Below are positions 47,357 to 59,018 of a stretch of DNA of 64,000 nucleotides, one piece after another. Location: the NCBI GenBank assembly GCA_963772995.1, contig CAVYZQ010000013.1:78866-142865 (forward strand), read 5' to 3'. The stretch comes from an uncultured Chloroflexia bacterium. Lineage in GTDB: Bacteria; Chloroflexota; Limnocylindria; Limnocylindrales; CSP1-4. Made by a program: the position numbers and the translations under genes. Below the pieces are notes generated by a model. That model worked only from the letters and a program-made list of their open reading frames with translations. It did no database searches and was not told the origin of the DNA. How positions within the stretch are numbered: position 1 is the stretch's first letter; every line of letters starts with the position of its first letter.

Positions 47357-49767
47357 TCAGCGAGGAGCCAGCCCGCTCGCGGGCGCATCGAGCGCTGCAT
47401 TCGGCCGCCGCCGCGGCGCGTCGGGGCTGGCGTCGAACCCACGAAGGCGAAGCGAGTTCGCGACCACCGACACGGACGACAGCGCCATCGCAGCCGCGGC
47501 GAGCCCGGATTGAGCGTGATCCCGAACATCGGATAGAGCACGCCCATCGCGACCGGGATCAGCACGATGTTGTAGGCGAACGCCCAGAACAGGTTCTGGC
47601 GGATGACCGACATCGTGGCACGCGAGAGCCCGATCGCGGCGGCGACGGCCCGCGGGTCGCCCCCGACGAGGGTCACGTCAGATGCCTCCACGGCGACGTC
47701 GGCGCCGGTTCCGATGGCGACCCCGAGGTCGGCCGCGGCCAGGGCGGGGGCGTCGTTGATGCCGTCGCCGACCATGGCGACCACGTGTCCCGTCGAACGC
47801 AGCTTCTCGATCAGGGCGGCCTTGTCGGCCGGACGCGCTTCGGCGCGGACTCGCTCCGACGGGATCCCGACCCGGGACGCGACGGCCTCCGCGGTCGCGG
47901 GGCCATCGCCGGTAAGGAGCCAGACCTCGATACCCGCGTCGATCGAGGGCACGGACCGCGGCGGCGGATTCCGTCCTCACCGGGTCGCCGATGGCGACGA
48001 GGCCTGCGGCCGCGCCATCGATGGCGACGTAGGAGGTCGTTCGGCCGGCGGCCGCGGACTCCGCTGCCGCGTCCGAGAGCGGCGCTCAGGTCGACACCGA
48101 GGTCCGCCATCAGCCGTGCGTCGCCGATGGCGACAGTTCGCTCTCGCCCGGTCTCGTCCGCGACGCGCCCGGTCACGCCGGCCCCCGCGATCGCGGCGAA
48201 GTCGGATACGTCTCCCGAACCCGAGCTCGTCCTCGCGCGCCCTGGCGAGGATCGCGGCACCGAGCGGGTGCTCGCTTCCCTTCTCGAGGGCGCCGGCCGC
48301 GTCGAGGACCTCGCCGACGGACCATCCCGGTGCCGCGATCACGCTTTCGACCACGGGGCGTCCAAGCGTGAGCGTGCCCGTCTTGTCCATGACGACGGCG
48401 CTGACGCGGTGAGCGGTCTCGAGCGCCTCGCCGCCACGGATGAGGATGCCGGCCTCCGCGCCACGCCCCGTGCCGACCATGATCGCGGTCGGCGTCGCGA
48501 GACCCATCGCGCACGGGCAGGCGATGACGAGGACGCTGACGAATGCGGTCAGCGCGTACGTGAACTGCGGCTCCGGACCGCCGGCGAACCACAGCACAAA
48601 CGTCGCCGACGCGACGATCAGGACGATCGGGACGAAGACCTCGCGCGATCCGGTCGGCAAGGCGCTGGATGGGCGCCTTCGAGCCTTGCGCACGACTGAC
48701 GAGCTCGACGATGCGAGCGAGCGCCGTGTCGCGCCCGACACGCGTGGCGCGCATGACGAACGTCCCGGTCGTGTTGAGCGTCGCCCCGATGACCTCGTCA
48801 CCCAGCGCCACGACGACCGGATAGGCTCGCCGGTCAGCATCGAGGCGTCGATGGCCGAGCCCCCGTCCACGACGATCGCCGTCGACCGGGACCCGCTCGC
48901 CCGGGCGGACGCGCAGCAGCGTCCCGACCGTCACGGCCTCGAGCGCCACCTGGGCGTCGGCGCCCGTCGGGGCCTGCGCCCGCGACGTTGGCCGTCGTCG
49001 GGCTCAGGGCCATGAGCCTGCGGATCGCGCCCGGTCGTCCGGACCTTGGCGCGAGCCTCCAGCCAGCGACCCAGGAGGACGAGGCCGATGATGATCGTCG
49101 ACGAGTCGAAATAGGTCTCGGGCTTCATCCCGGCCGCGACGAACACGGCGGGCCAGAGCGCGACGAGGACGCTGTATCCCCACGCCGCGGACGTGCCGAC
49201 GGCCACCAGCGTGTCCATGTTGGTCGTGCCATGGCGTGCGGCGCGCCACGCCGCGCGATAGAAGCGACGGCCGGCCCAGACCTGGACGATCGTGGCCGGG
49301 ATGAGGATGATCCGGTTGAGCTCCACGAGACCGATAGCGGTCTGTGGCGAGAACATCGCGATCATGATCAGGAGGGCGGTGACGATCGAGACAGAGGCTT
49401 CGATCAGGAGCGTCCGGGACTCGTGCGCGCGGGCGGCGTCGTCGGCCGTGAACGCGTCGGCGAGCGCGGGCTGGTCGGTGCCTTCCGCCTCAGTCGCCGT
49501 CGCCTCGGTCGGGCCCTTTGGCCTCCGGCGGACGTCGTAGCCGGCCGATTCGATGGCTCCCACGAGCGCGCTGCGGTCGACGACCTCGGGCCGGTAGCGG
49601 ATCGTCGCCATCTCGGTCGCGAGATTGACGGTCGCACCCTCGACGCCCGGTGTCCTGACCAGGAATCGTTCGATGCGGTTCACGCACGACGCACAGGTCA
49701 TGCCCTCGATGGGCAGGGAGATCTCGGCGGGCGCTGAGGTGGTGTGGGGGTCGGGCTCATACTCCAT
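47357..49767 (-). CDS. copA: Cu(I)-type heavy-metal P1B ATPase (frameshifted; start 49767 or 49760)
   Basis: GMTCASC, MLTGEP, IACPCAMGLATP, DKTGTLT, SEHPL, MVGDGINDAPALA, YN and MALSS motifs. Confidence 0.88.
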
Positions 49768-49779
49768 GGGAGTATACCA
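49759..49779 (-). promoter_or_regulatory. CsoR-like operator overlapping an extended -10 box of copA
   Basis: Palindrome ATACTCC-ATG-GGAGTAT; minus-strand TGGTATACT. Confidence 0.65.
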
Positions 49780-49817
49780 TCAAGGGTGCGACCGCCCGGA
49801 GGCATCAGACTGTGGGA

Positions 49818-50493
49818 ATGGCGCTCAGGATCGCGACTGCCACCCTCGCCGGCCCGTGGGGACCCGTCCATGTGGCGGCGGGCGAGCGCGGAGTCGTGGC
49901 CGTCGAGTGGCTCGAGGGTGCGGTGAGCGCCGACGATCGCTGGCGCCGCCGGTTCGGCTCGGACGCCGTGGCGCCACACGGAGGCGACGATGGCCGTCAG
50001 GAGCCGGCGGACCAGAGCTTGCGACACCTTCAGGCGGCGAGTCCGGGCGCTCGAGGCCATCCTCGCGGGCCGACCGCCCGACGCCCTCCCCTCATTCGAC
50101 CTGGCCGACCGCCCGGCCTGGGACCGCACCGTCCTCCGAGAGGTCGCCCGAATACCGTGGGGTGAGACCGCGAGCTACGGCGAGATCGCTCGTCGGGTCG
50201 GTGCGCCGCGCGCCGCTCGGGCGGTCGGTGGCGCCGTCGGCCGAAATCCGTTGAGCCTCCTCATCCCATGCCACCGCGTCATCGCCGCGGACGGGACGAT
50301 CGGCGGATACGGTGGCGATGCATGGGGCAGCCGGGACGATCGGCTGGCGATCAAGCGGGCCCTGCTCGCGCGCGAGGGCGTGCGCCTCCGGGACGAGGAT
50401 CCGGGAACCGTGGGCCGGGTCGGCCGGGTTGGCTTCGAGTCCGAGGGTCCGGCTACGCCCGTGGGATCGGCCGCATCGGGTAGACCCCGATGA
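49818..50493 (+). CDS. ogt: Methylated-DNA-protein-cysteine methyltransferase (frameshifted)
   Basis: IPWGETASYGEIA..RAARAVG..NPL..IPCHRVI. Confidence 0.88.
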
Positions 50494-51175
50494 CGATCGG
50501 TGTCCGCGGATCGAGCGACAGCTCGTAGCCGATCTCGCCGGTGCGCAAGCAGGTCGCCGAGAAGATCGCCCTCCCGCGTCGGCAGGCCGACGAAGATGCA
50601 GCCCGGGTCGATGCGGACCGGTGTGACGTCGTCGTCGTCGCCGAAGATCCCGAACCGGCGCCGCAGCTCGTGCATCGGGACATACGGGCGGCTCTTGATG
50701 AACCGGCGCAACTGCGGGGCCGTGCATTGGGCACCGCCGGTCGCCAGGCGGTTGCTGAGGCGGGCCCATCTGAGGCGCTATGGCGGCGCCCTGGGTGTCC
50801 CGCCCTTCCTGCGCCCCCTCGGCGGGCCGCGTCGAGGGCACGGCTCGGGCGGCTCCATCCCAGCCGTGTTGAGGTCCCCCATTCACGGGTCGGGCGGTGC
50901 CGGCGACCATCTGGCCGGGCGAGGTCGGCTGCGGCAGAGGGCCAGGGACCGGCGCGCCGTTGACGGCCGCGATCGACGGCCTGGCGGGCCTCGGGCCGCA
51001 TCGCGCCGTTCATCGGGCTGGTCGGTGCCGCGACGAGCGGCACGCCACCGCCGGCGGCGGGCTTCGCATCCAGGTCGGGCGCGGTCGCGGGGCTGGGGCT
51101 CAATCCGGTCGCCGGGCGCGCGCCGTCATACGGGCGCGAATGCTGGCGCGGTCGTCCGTGATGTCTGCGGCTCAT
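50453..51175 (-). CDS. Hypothetical protein (low-complexity N-terminus, globular C-terminus; frameshifted)
   Basis: LRRFIKSRPYVPMHELRRRFGI...VGLP.REG...GEIGYELSLDPRTPIVIGVYPMRP. Confidence 0.6.
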   Translation of the reverse strand: MSRRHHGRPRQHSRPYDGARPATGLSPSPATAPDLDAKPAAGGGVPLVAAPTSPMNGAMRPEARQAVDRGRQRRAGPWPSAAADLARPDGRRHRPTREWGTSTRLGWSRPSRALDAARRGGAGRAGHPGRRHSASDGPASATAWRPAVPNARPRSCAGSSRAARMSRCTSCGAGSGSSATTTTSHRSASTRAASSSACRRGRAIFSATCLRTGEIGYELSLDPRTPIVIGVYPMRPIPRA

Positions 51176-51382
51176 ACGGCGAAGCCAGAGACGGCGTTCC
51201 GGGCCGAGGCTGCGACGTCGGGCTGACGCCGGGTCGAGGTGGTCATGTGTTCTCGGACGTTGATCGGGGCGTATCGGGCACGTCCCGTCGACGGATGATA
51301 CTCCAGGCTCGCCGACCGTGGCCTGAAGCGACCCGGCGGCGACCGAACCGCTATCGTTTGCGGTCCCCGCACACTGGAGGAG

Positions 51383-52156
51383 TTGCGCGTGCGCCTCGCC
51401 GACAAGGTCTGCCTCATCACCGGCGCCGGCTCGGGGATCGGACGCGCCTCGGCGGTGCTGTTCGCCGCCGAAGGGGCGCTGGTCGCGGCGGCCGATATCG
51501 ACGTGACGAGCGCTGCCGAGACGGTCCAGACGATCGAATCGGCCGGGGGCACGGCGCGGTCCTACGCCGTCGATGTCGCCGATCCGGCGTCGACGGAGCG
51601 CCTCGCCGCGGACGTGCTCGCCGACTTCGGGCGCATCGACGTCCTCTTCAACAACGCCGGGATCGCCGGAGTCGGGGTACTGCACGAGACCTCGGTGGAA
51701 CTCTGGGACCGGGTCATGGCCGTCAACGTGCGGGGCGTCTTCCTCGTGGCGAAGGCCGTGCTGCCGGCGATGATCGCCGCCGGTCGTGGCTCGATCGTGA
51801 ACATGTCGTCGACGATCGCCGAGATCGGCCTTGCCAACCGGGCGCCGTATGCGGCCTCGAAGGGCGCGGTGCTGTCGCTGACCCGCCAGATGCAGGCGGA
51901 CTATGCGGCCCACGGAATCAGGGTCAATGCCCTGCTTCCGGGGACCATCCACACGCCGTTCGTGGACCGCTACCTCGCGGAGAGCTACGACGATCCGGCG
52001 GCCGGTCTCGAGGCCATCAAGAAGCGCCAGCTGACCGGCGACCTGGGCCGGCCCGAGGACGTCGCCCTCGCGGCGCTGTACCTGGCATCGGACGAGTCGC
52101 GGTTCGTGCTGGGAAGTGGCCTGTTCGTGGACGGCGGGGTGCGCGGCTCGAAGTAG
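51383..52156 (+). CDS. SDR family oxidoreductase
   Basis: TGAGSGIG, NNAG, YAASK, IRVNALLPG. Confidence 0.93.
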   Translation: MRVRLADKVCLITGAGSGIGRASAVLFAAEGALVAAADIDVTSAAETVQTIESAGGTARSYAVDVADPASTERLAADVLADFGRIDVLFNNAGIAGVGVLHETSVELWDRVMAVNVRGVFLVAKAVLPAMIAAGRGSIVNMSSTIAEIGLANRAPYAASKGAVLSLTRQMQADYAAHGIRVNALLPGTIHTPFVDRYLAESYDDPAAGLEAIKKRQLTGDLGRPEDVALAALYLASDESRFVLGSGLFVDGGVRGSK

Positions 52157-52168
52157 AGGGGCCGCGCC

Positions 52169-53359
52169 TCAGCCGTCGACGACGTACAGCTCGCGCGGCG
52201 CCTCGTTGAGCGCGATGGGGCCGTCCGGGCCGCAGACGACGATGTCCTCGATGCGCGCCCCGTACTCGCCGACGAGGTAGATCCCGGGCTCGACCGAGAA
52301 GGCCATTCCCGCCCGAAGCGGCTCGCGGTTGCCCGCGATGATGTACGGGTCCTCGTGGCCCTCGAGGCCGATTCCGTGGCCGGTCCGGTGGAAGAACGCG
52401 TCGCCATATCCTTCTGCCTCGATGGGCCGCCGCGCGGCGGCATCGACGTCCTCGGGCGCGACGCCCGGGCGGACCGCACCGGTGGCCGCAGCCTGCGCGC
52501 CATACAACACGCCGAACAGGTGACGGAACTGCTCGTCAGGCCCCTGCGCGGGATCACCGCCGGTGGCCCACAGCGTGCGCGTGATGTCGGAGCCGTAGCC
52601 ATCGATGGTTCCGCCGATGTCGAGGACGATCGGCTCGCCGGCACGGATGACCCGGTGCGACGCTCCGTGATGCGGCGAGGCCGAGTTCGGGCCCGACCCG
52701 ACGATCGTGAAGGTCGCCTCGTCATGGCCTTCGGCCACGAGCCGTTCCCGGACTTCGCGGGCCACGTCCTCCTCGGTCCGACCGACGAGGCGGCCGGCGG
52801 CGATCGCCGCGACGACGCGGTCGGCCGCGTGGGCCGCCCGGCGGAGGAGCTCGATCTCGTCGGAGTCCTTCACGATGCGGAGCTCCCGCAGGGTCGCCGA
52901 GGCCAGCTCGAGTCGCGCCGGGGACAGCCGGTCCTGCAGGGGCAGCAGATGGCGCGCGGAGAGATCGTCGTTCACGGCTATGCGCAGGCGGACATCGCTC
53001 GTGGCCGCGGCGACGTCACCTGAAGCGGCGATCGCGTCACGCACCATTCCGGCCACGACCGCATACGCGTCGCCGCCTTCCTCCCAGGTGACGACGGGGA
53101 GATCGCCCTCGGCCGCCGCCGGGCACGAACGGGCCGGCGTCGCCTCGAGACGCGGCACGACGAGCGCCAGTTCGCCATGCGCCGGGATGACGAGCATCGT
53201 CAGTCGCTCCAGCGGCATCGCGGGATACCCGGTCAGGTAGCGAAGATCCGGGCCTACTCCGACCAGGATCGCCCCGAGACCCGCCTCGACCGCAAGCGTC
53301 TGGGCCGCGGCGAGTCGCTCGCGGTAGCGCGCGGTCGGGATCGTTGATCCGCCGCTCAT
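52169..53359 (-). CDS. Xaa-Pro peptidase (M24 family)
   Basis: LRYLTGY, SGPNSASPHH, DIGG..DGYGSDITRT, HRTGHGIGLEGHE, EPGIY, RIED. Confidence 0.92.
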   Translation of the reverse strand: MSGGSTIPTARYRERLAAAQTLAVEAGLGAILVGVGPDLRYLTGYPAMPLERLTMLVIPAHGELALVVPRLEATPARSCPAAAEGDLPVVTWEEGGDAYAVVAGMVRDAIAASGDVAAATSDVRLRIAVNDDLSARHLLPLQDRLSPARLELASATLRELRIVKDSDEIELLRRAAHAADRVVAAIAAGRLVGRTEEDVAREVRERLVAEGHDEATFTIVGSGPNSASPHHGASHRVIRAGEPIVLDIGGTIDGYGSDITRTLWATGGDPAQGPDEQFRHLFGVLYGAQAAATGAVRPGVAPEDVDAAARRPIEAEGYGDAFFHRTGHGIGLEGHEDPYIIAGNREPLRAGMAFSVEPGIYLVGEYGARIEDIVVCGPDGPIALNEAPRELYVVDG

Positions 53360-53795
53360 GAGGGCACCTCCGCGATATCGCCGGCCGCGTCGGCGGCTCC
53401 GTCCCCGGCTGGTCCCCGGCTCGTCCCCCGCGTGACGCGCTACGCCATCGACGACGCCCAGCCACCGACCGATGACGCGCGGCCCATCCTCGAACAGGCG
53501 TCGATACGGCTCGACCCGATCCGCCCCGGCGTCGAGGGCTCGGCGTCGAAGCGCGGCATCGTCATGCTGGCCGACGGCAAGGACCCGGAGTCCCGCGGAG
53601 CGCGCGAGCGCGATCGCGGCGACTCCGTCGTAGGCGCGAGCCGTCAGATCGACCACGACGCCGTCGAGATCAGGGAGCGCGGCCTCGAGGGCAGGAACGC
53701 CCCGAACCGGCTCGCGCCTCGGCGCCGGCGCCCACGACGAGATCGCGGAGGCGCGTCGACCAGATGAGGTCGTCCGCAAGGACCGCCACCCGCAC
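53356..53795 (-). CDS. Hypothetical receiver-like protein (frameshifted)
   Basis: VAVLADDLIWSTRL...VVVDLTARAYDG...RRALDAGADRV. Confidence 0.55.
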
Positions 53796-53797
53796 GG

Positions 53798-54307
53798 TCA
53801 GTCGAGGGACTCGGCCAGGTGGCGGAAGACGTCCCGCGCCGTGACGACGCCCGCGGCGCGGCCGTCGCGCATCAGCGGGATGTGGCGAAACCCACCGACG
53901 GCCATCTTGTGGATGGCGAGGGCGATCGGGTCGTCATGGCGGAGGACCACGGGGTCCGGGGTCATGAAGTCGCGCACCTGGAAGGCGTCCAGCCGCTTGC
54001 CGGCGGCCTTCACGACGGCGTCGCGGTCCGTGAAGATCCCGATCAGCCGGTCGTCATGGACGACGAGGACGCAATCGACCCCATCGCGCTGCATCCGCTC
54101 GATCGCCTCGTCGACGGGCGTCGAGGGATCGACCGAAAGTGGGGCGTCCGCTCCGAGCTCGTCGAGGTGCTCGCCCAGAAGCCGCCCGTGAAACGACAGC
54201 GTGGGCTGCGGACGACCGGTCGACGACAGGTCCGCGCCGCAGTTGTCGCAGACTTCGGCACCCGTCAGGTTCTCGAACCCGCAGACCGGACAGTCCATCA
54301 GCGCCAC
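53798..54307 (-). CDS. Zinc-ribbon plus CBS-pair protein
   Basis: CPVC...CDNC; IGIFTDRD, MTPDP, FRHIPL. Confidence 0.87.
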   Translation of the reverse strand: MALMDCPVCGFENLTGAEVCDNCGADLSSTGRPQPTLSFHGRLLGEHLDELGADAPLSVDPSTPVDEAIERMQRDGVDCVLVVHDDRLIGIFTDRDAVVKAAGKRLDAFQVRDFMTPDPVVLRHDDPIALAIHKMAVGGFRHIPLMRDGRAAGVVTARDVFRHLAESLD

Positions 54308-54338
54308 TTCCTTTCGCGCAGTCGCGCGGCGTCGTGCC

Positions 54339-55424
54339 CTATTCGGCCGTCCAGGTCTCTCCGCCGTTGAGCACGGCTTCGAGGTCGCCTGGACCGCTTC
54401 GGGCGACGGCGGCCTGGATCTGCTCCGTGATGAGGGTGTCGTGGGTCGGCCGCGCGACCGCGCGCAGGACGCCGACGGGGACCGGGAATGCCGGCCAGAA
54501 CATCCTCGAGAGCATGAGCGCGAGGTAGGGCTCCTCGGCCTGCTCGTCGTGGACCAGCAGGTCCGCCTCGGTCACGCCGTTCTCGCCGATCGTGACGACC
54601 TCGGGATGCAGGCCGACCAGGCGGATGCCCTTGTCGCGGTCCTTGCCGAAGATCATCGGCTTCCCGTGCTCGAGGATCAGCATCCGATCCTCGCGGACTT
54701 CGCGCTCCGTGAACTCGCGCCACGCGCCGTCATTGAAGATGTTGCAGTTCTGGAGGACCTCGACGAAGGTGGAGCCTTTGTGCCGGCCGGCCCGCTCGAG
54801 CGTCCCCTGCAGGTGCTCCGTGTGGGTGTCGACGGAGCGCGCCACGAACGACGCTTCGGCGGCGAGCGCGATGGTCAGCGGCATGATCGGCGTGTCGACC
54901 GAGCCCAGTGGCGTCGACTTGGTCCGCTTCCCGAACTCCGAGGTCGGCGAGGCCTGGCCCTTGGTCAAACCGTAGATGCGGTTGTTGAACATGACGAGCG
55001 TGATGTCCACGTTCCGGCGCATCGAATGGATGAGGTGGTTGCCGCCGATCGACAGCGCGTCGCCGTCACCGGTGATGACCCAGACCATGAGGTCCGGACG
55101 CGCCGCCTTGAGGCCCGTCGCAAGTGTCGGCGCGCGCCCGTGGATCGAATGGAAGCCGTACGTGTTCATGTAGTACGGCAGCCGCCCGGAGCAGCCGATC
55201 CCCGAGATGAAGACGATGTCCTCCTTCGCGTAGCCGAAGTCGGGCATCACCTTCTGTGTCTGGGCGAGGATGGAGTAGTCGCCGCAGCCGGGGCACCAGC
55301 GGACCTCCTGGTCCGACACGAAGTCCTTCCGGGTGAGGGCGATAGTCGCCGCGTTCTCGGTGCTGAGCGGGGGCTGGGCGGGTGCGGTGGCCACGCCGTG
55401 GTGGCCGTTCGTGTCGTCGGTCAT
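54339..55424 (-). CDS. korB: 2-oxoacid:ferredoxin oxidoreductase beta subunit
   Basis: WCPGCGD, SGIGCSGR, HSIHGRA, GDGD..SIGGNH, YGLTKGQASPT. Confidence 0.9.
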   Translation of the reverse strand: MTDDTNGHHGVATAPAQPPLSTENAATIALTRKDFVSDQEVRWCPGCGDYSILAQTQKVMPDFGYAKEDIVFISGIGCSGRLPYYMNTYGFHSIHGRAPTLATGLKAARPDLMVWVITGDGDALSIGGNHLIHSMRRNVDITLVMFNNRIYGLTKGQASPTSEFGKRTKSTPLGSVDTPIMPLTIALAAEASFVARSVDTHTEHLQGTLERAGRHKGSTFVEVLQNCNIFNDGAWREFTEREVREDRMLILEHGKPMIFGKDRDKGIRLVGLHPEVVTIGENGVTEADLLVHDEQAEEPYLALMLSRMFWPAFPVPVGVLRAVARPTHDTLITEQIQAAVARSGPGDLEAVLNGGETWTAE

Positions 55425-55425
55425 G

Positions 55426-57281
55426 TCAGGACTCCGCGAGGACGCGGCGAGCGTCCTCGATGATCTCGGCGATGCGGAAGGGCTTGCCCCGGACGCGGTC
55501 GTAGCCGAGCGCGTCGATGAGGTATTTCGCCCGGATGAGCAGTCGGAGCTGGCCGAGGTTGACCTCGGGGATGAGCACCCGACGATAGGCTCGGAGCACG
55601 GTCTCCGTGTTCCTCGGGAACGGGTTGAGATGACGCAGGTGGGCGTGGGCGACGGACACGCCCTCGGCGTTGAGGCTTTCGACCGCCGAGCGGATGGCGC
55701 CGTAGGTGGACCCCCAGCCCAGGATGAGCAGGTCGCCCCGATCGGGCCCGAAGACCTCGAGCGGTGGGATGTCGTCGGCGATGCCCTCGACCTTGGCCGC
55801 ACGCAGCATCTGCATGCGGTGGTGGTTGTCGGGGTCGTAGCTCACGTTGCCGGTCACGTCGGCCTTCTCGAGGCCACCGATGCGGTGCTCGAGGCCAGGC
55901 GTGCCGGGCACCGCCCACGGCCGCGCGAGCGTCGTGCTGTCCCGCTCGTAGGGCCGGAATGTCGCCCGGTCCGTCGCATTCGGGACGCGGATGTCCGGAA
56001 GGCTCGCGACCGACGGGATGCGCCAGGGCTCCGAGCCCGTGGCGAGGAAGGCGTCGGACATGTAGGCGACCGGGGTCATGTACTTCAGCGCCAGCCGGCA
56101 GGCCTCGATGGCGAGGTCGAAGCACTCGGCCGGAGTCGCCGGCGCCACCACGGGCAGCGGCGAGTCGCCGTTGCGCCCGAACATGATCTGAAGGAGGTCC
56201 GACTGCTCGTTCTTGGTCGGCATCCCGGTCGAGGGGCCGGCACGCTGGACGTCGACGACGACGAGCGGCAGCTCTGTCATGACCGCGAGGCCCATCGCCT
56301 CCGACTTGAGCGCGATGCCAGGACCGGACGACGCCGTGAGCGCGAGCGCGCCGCCGTAACTCGCACCGATAGCCGCGCCGATCGCCGCGATCTCGTCCTC
56401 TGCCTGGAACGTCTTCACCCCGAAGGTCTTGTAGCCCGACAGCTGATGGAGGATGTCCGAGGCCGGGGTGATCGGATAGCTGCCGTAGAAGAGCTCCCGA
56501 TCGGCCAGGCGCGAGGCGGCGAGGAAGCCGAGGGCAGCAGCCTCGTTGCCGGTGATGTTGCGGTAGGTGCCGGGCGCGAGCTTCGCCGGGCGCACCCGGT
56601 AGTGGGTGTGGAAGGCTTCGGTGGTCTCGCCGAAGGCGTAGCCCGCCTTGAGCGCGCGCTTGTTCGCTTCGGCGATGACCGGCCGCGCGGAGAACTTCGA
56701 GTCGATCCAGTGGATCGTCGGCTCCATGCTCCGCTCGTACAGCCAGAACATCATGCCGAGCGCGAAGAAGTTCTTCGTCAGGTCCTTCTGCTTGCTCGTC
56801 ATCTCGAGCCCGTCGAGCGAGCGCTCGTTGAGCGTCGAGATGGGGACCTCGAAGACGGTGTAGGCAGCGAGCGAGCCGTCGGTCAGGGGATTGCTCGCAT
56901 AGGCCGCCTTGTTGAGGTTGCTCTGGGTGAAGGCGTCGCGGTTGACGATGAGCGCGCCGCCGGCCGGCAGGTCTCCGACGTTCGTCTTGAGCGCGGCCGG
57001 ATTCATGGCCACGAGGACGTCCGGCTGGTCGCCCGGCGTGTGGATGTCGGACGAGGAGAAGCTGATCTGGAACCCGGACACGCCCGGCAGCGAGCCGGCC
57101 GGCGCGCGGATCTCGGCCGGGAAATCGGGCAGCGTGCTGATGTCGTTGCCGAACACGGCAGCCGTGCGGGTGAACTGGGTGCCGGTCAGCTGCATGCCGT
57201 CGCCCGAGTCGCCGGCGAAGCGGATGGTGACCCGCTCGAGTTCCTGGATCGCCGGGCTCGGGTTCCCTTGGTGGCTGTCAC
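55426..57281 (-). CDS. korA: 2-oxoacid:acceptor oxidoreductase alpha subunit (5' frameshift)
   Basis: RFAGDSGDGMQL, YPITPAS, QAEDEIAA, SSGPG, QRAGPSTGMPT. Confidence 0.9.
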
Positions 57282-57779
57282 GCGCCTTCGGGCTCCTTCA
57301 TGCGTTGATGCGGCCGAGGCGGGAGGTTGAGAAGCTCCTCGGGAAACGACTCGGCCAGGTATTTGATGATGTCCGACCTGACGGACGACCCCGACGAGGT
57401 GCCCCGAATCGTCGACGACGGGCACGTTCCGATAGCGCCCGGTCTGCATGAGGACGATGGCGTCACGGATGGTCTGATCGAGGTCGAGCGTCTTCGGCTC
57501 GGTGGTCATCAGGGTCTCGACGGGCTGGGTCAGGTCGACGTTCTCGCCGACCAGCCGGCCGAAGATGTCACGCTCCGTCAGGACGCCCGTGAGAAGGCCC
57601 GTTGAGTCGCAGACGAACACGGAATCGCCGGTGCCGATGCGCTGGATGGCGCGAATGCACTCGGCGAGCGACGTGCCGGGCGGCACGGTCACGGGCTGGC
57701 GGCGGCTGAGCGCGCGCAACCGCTCCTCGGCGAGTGACGGGACCCGGCGCACGACGGCGGCTTCGGTGAGGTCGGTCAT
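57278..57779 (-). CDS. CBS-pair protein (frameshifted)
   Basis: GVLTERDI, MTTEP, YRNVPVVD, DIIKYLAESFPEELLNLPP. Confidence 0.85.
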
Positions 57780-57877
57780 CGTGACAAGTGTAGTCCGTCG
57801 GCCCGCGAGCGGCCGACGTGGGGCTCAGGCTCGGCCATCCCTCGCGCGACCCCTGCAGGGCGGCCGGTGGTCGCGGG

Positions 57878-58676
57878 TCAGGCGCGGCCAACCTCACGAA
57901 GGACGGCTCGGGCGCCATCGGCGACGAACGCGCCGTCCGAGCCGAGCCCGATGAACCGGAAACCGAGGTCACGGTGCCGCGACGCCGCGGTGGCGTCCCG
58001 GAGAAGGATGCCCGCGGTCTTGCCGGCTCCCTCGGCGGCCGCGACGACGGAGGTGATCGCCTCGAGGTAGCCCGGGTCGGTGAAGCGGCCCGGCATCCCC
58101 AGGGCGTGCGACAGGTCGGTCGGGCCGACGAACAGGACGTCCACGCCATCGATGGCGGCGATCTCCGCGGCGGTCTCGACCGCGCTCCGCGATTCGATCT
58201 GGATGATGCCGAGCACCCGGGCGTTGATCGAGCGGACGTCGCCATGCGCTCGCTCGCCGAGCCCCGCCCCGCGCGTGCCGAGCGCGAGCCCGCGGGCGCC
58301 ATCGGGCGCGTAGCGCATGTACGAGACCGCCTCGCGCGCCTGCTCGGGAGTGTCGACGCGCGGGACCATGATGCCGTGCGCCCCGAGGTCGAGGGCACGA
58401 CCGATGCGCAGCCGCTCCCCGGACGGGGGCGGACGAGGGCGGCGGTCGGCGTGGCTCCGAACGCGTAGAGGTTCGCCAGGAGGTCCGCCTCCGTGCCGGC
58501 GCCGTGCTCGAGGTCGATGATCACCCAGTCGAATCCGGCCCGCGCGACGGTCTCGGTCGCCACCGGTGATGCGAGGTTGAGGAACGTGCCGTAGAGGGTC
58601 TCGCGCGCCGGCGAGGCGGGAGTGGAGGTCGACGAAGACCGGGAGGGGGAGCGGGCCGCTGCGGTTGGTCGGTCAT
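57878..58676 (-). CDS. HpcH/HpaI aldolase family protein (frameshifted)
   Basis: FDWVIIDLEHG, MVPRV, IQIES, VLFVGPTDLS. Confidence 0.87.
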
Positions 58677-59018
58677 GCCGACCATGATGCCGGGCCAAGC
58701 GCGCCGGCGCTGGTGGTCGGCGCAGCCCACGCCGCCTGCCACCGGTCGCGTGTCGGCGGTCGGCGTCGTTCCCTGCAGAACGCGTTTGGCACGAGCTCCT
58801 CGTGGATCTCGACTCAGGCTGCACATCGACGTCGTCTGGGCGCCGATCCACGAGGGCCTGGTCGGGAATCCGTTCGGTGGCGAACGACGCGAGGCCGCCG
58901 GGGGCGTCCGCTCGGCGAAGGCGCCGATTCCGCACGTGCTTTGGCAGTGAACCTTTTCGGCGGTGCGACCATCTGTTGTGGGTGAAGCGCCCGCTCGGGC
59001 GCCGAGGGAGCACCGCCC

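Noticed and set aside
52169-53779. 536-aa extended M24 peptidase
   Set aside because: Apparent fusion of two genes caused by indel errors; the M24 gene has its own SD and ATG at 53359.
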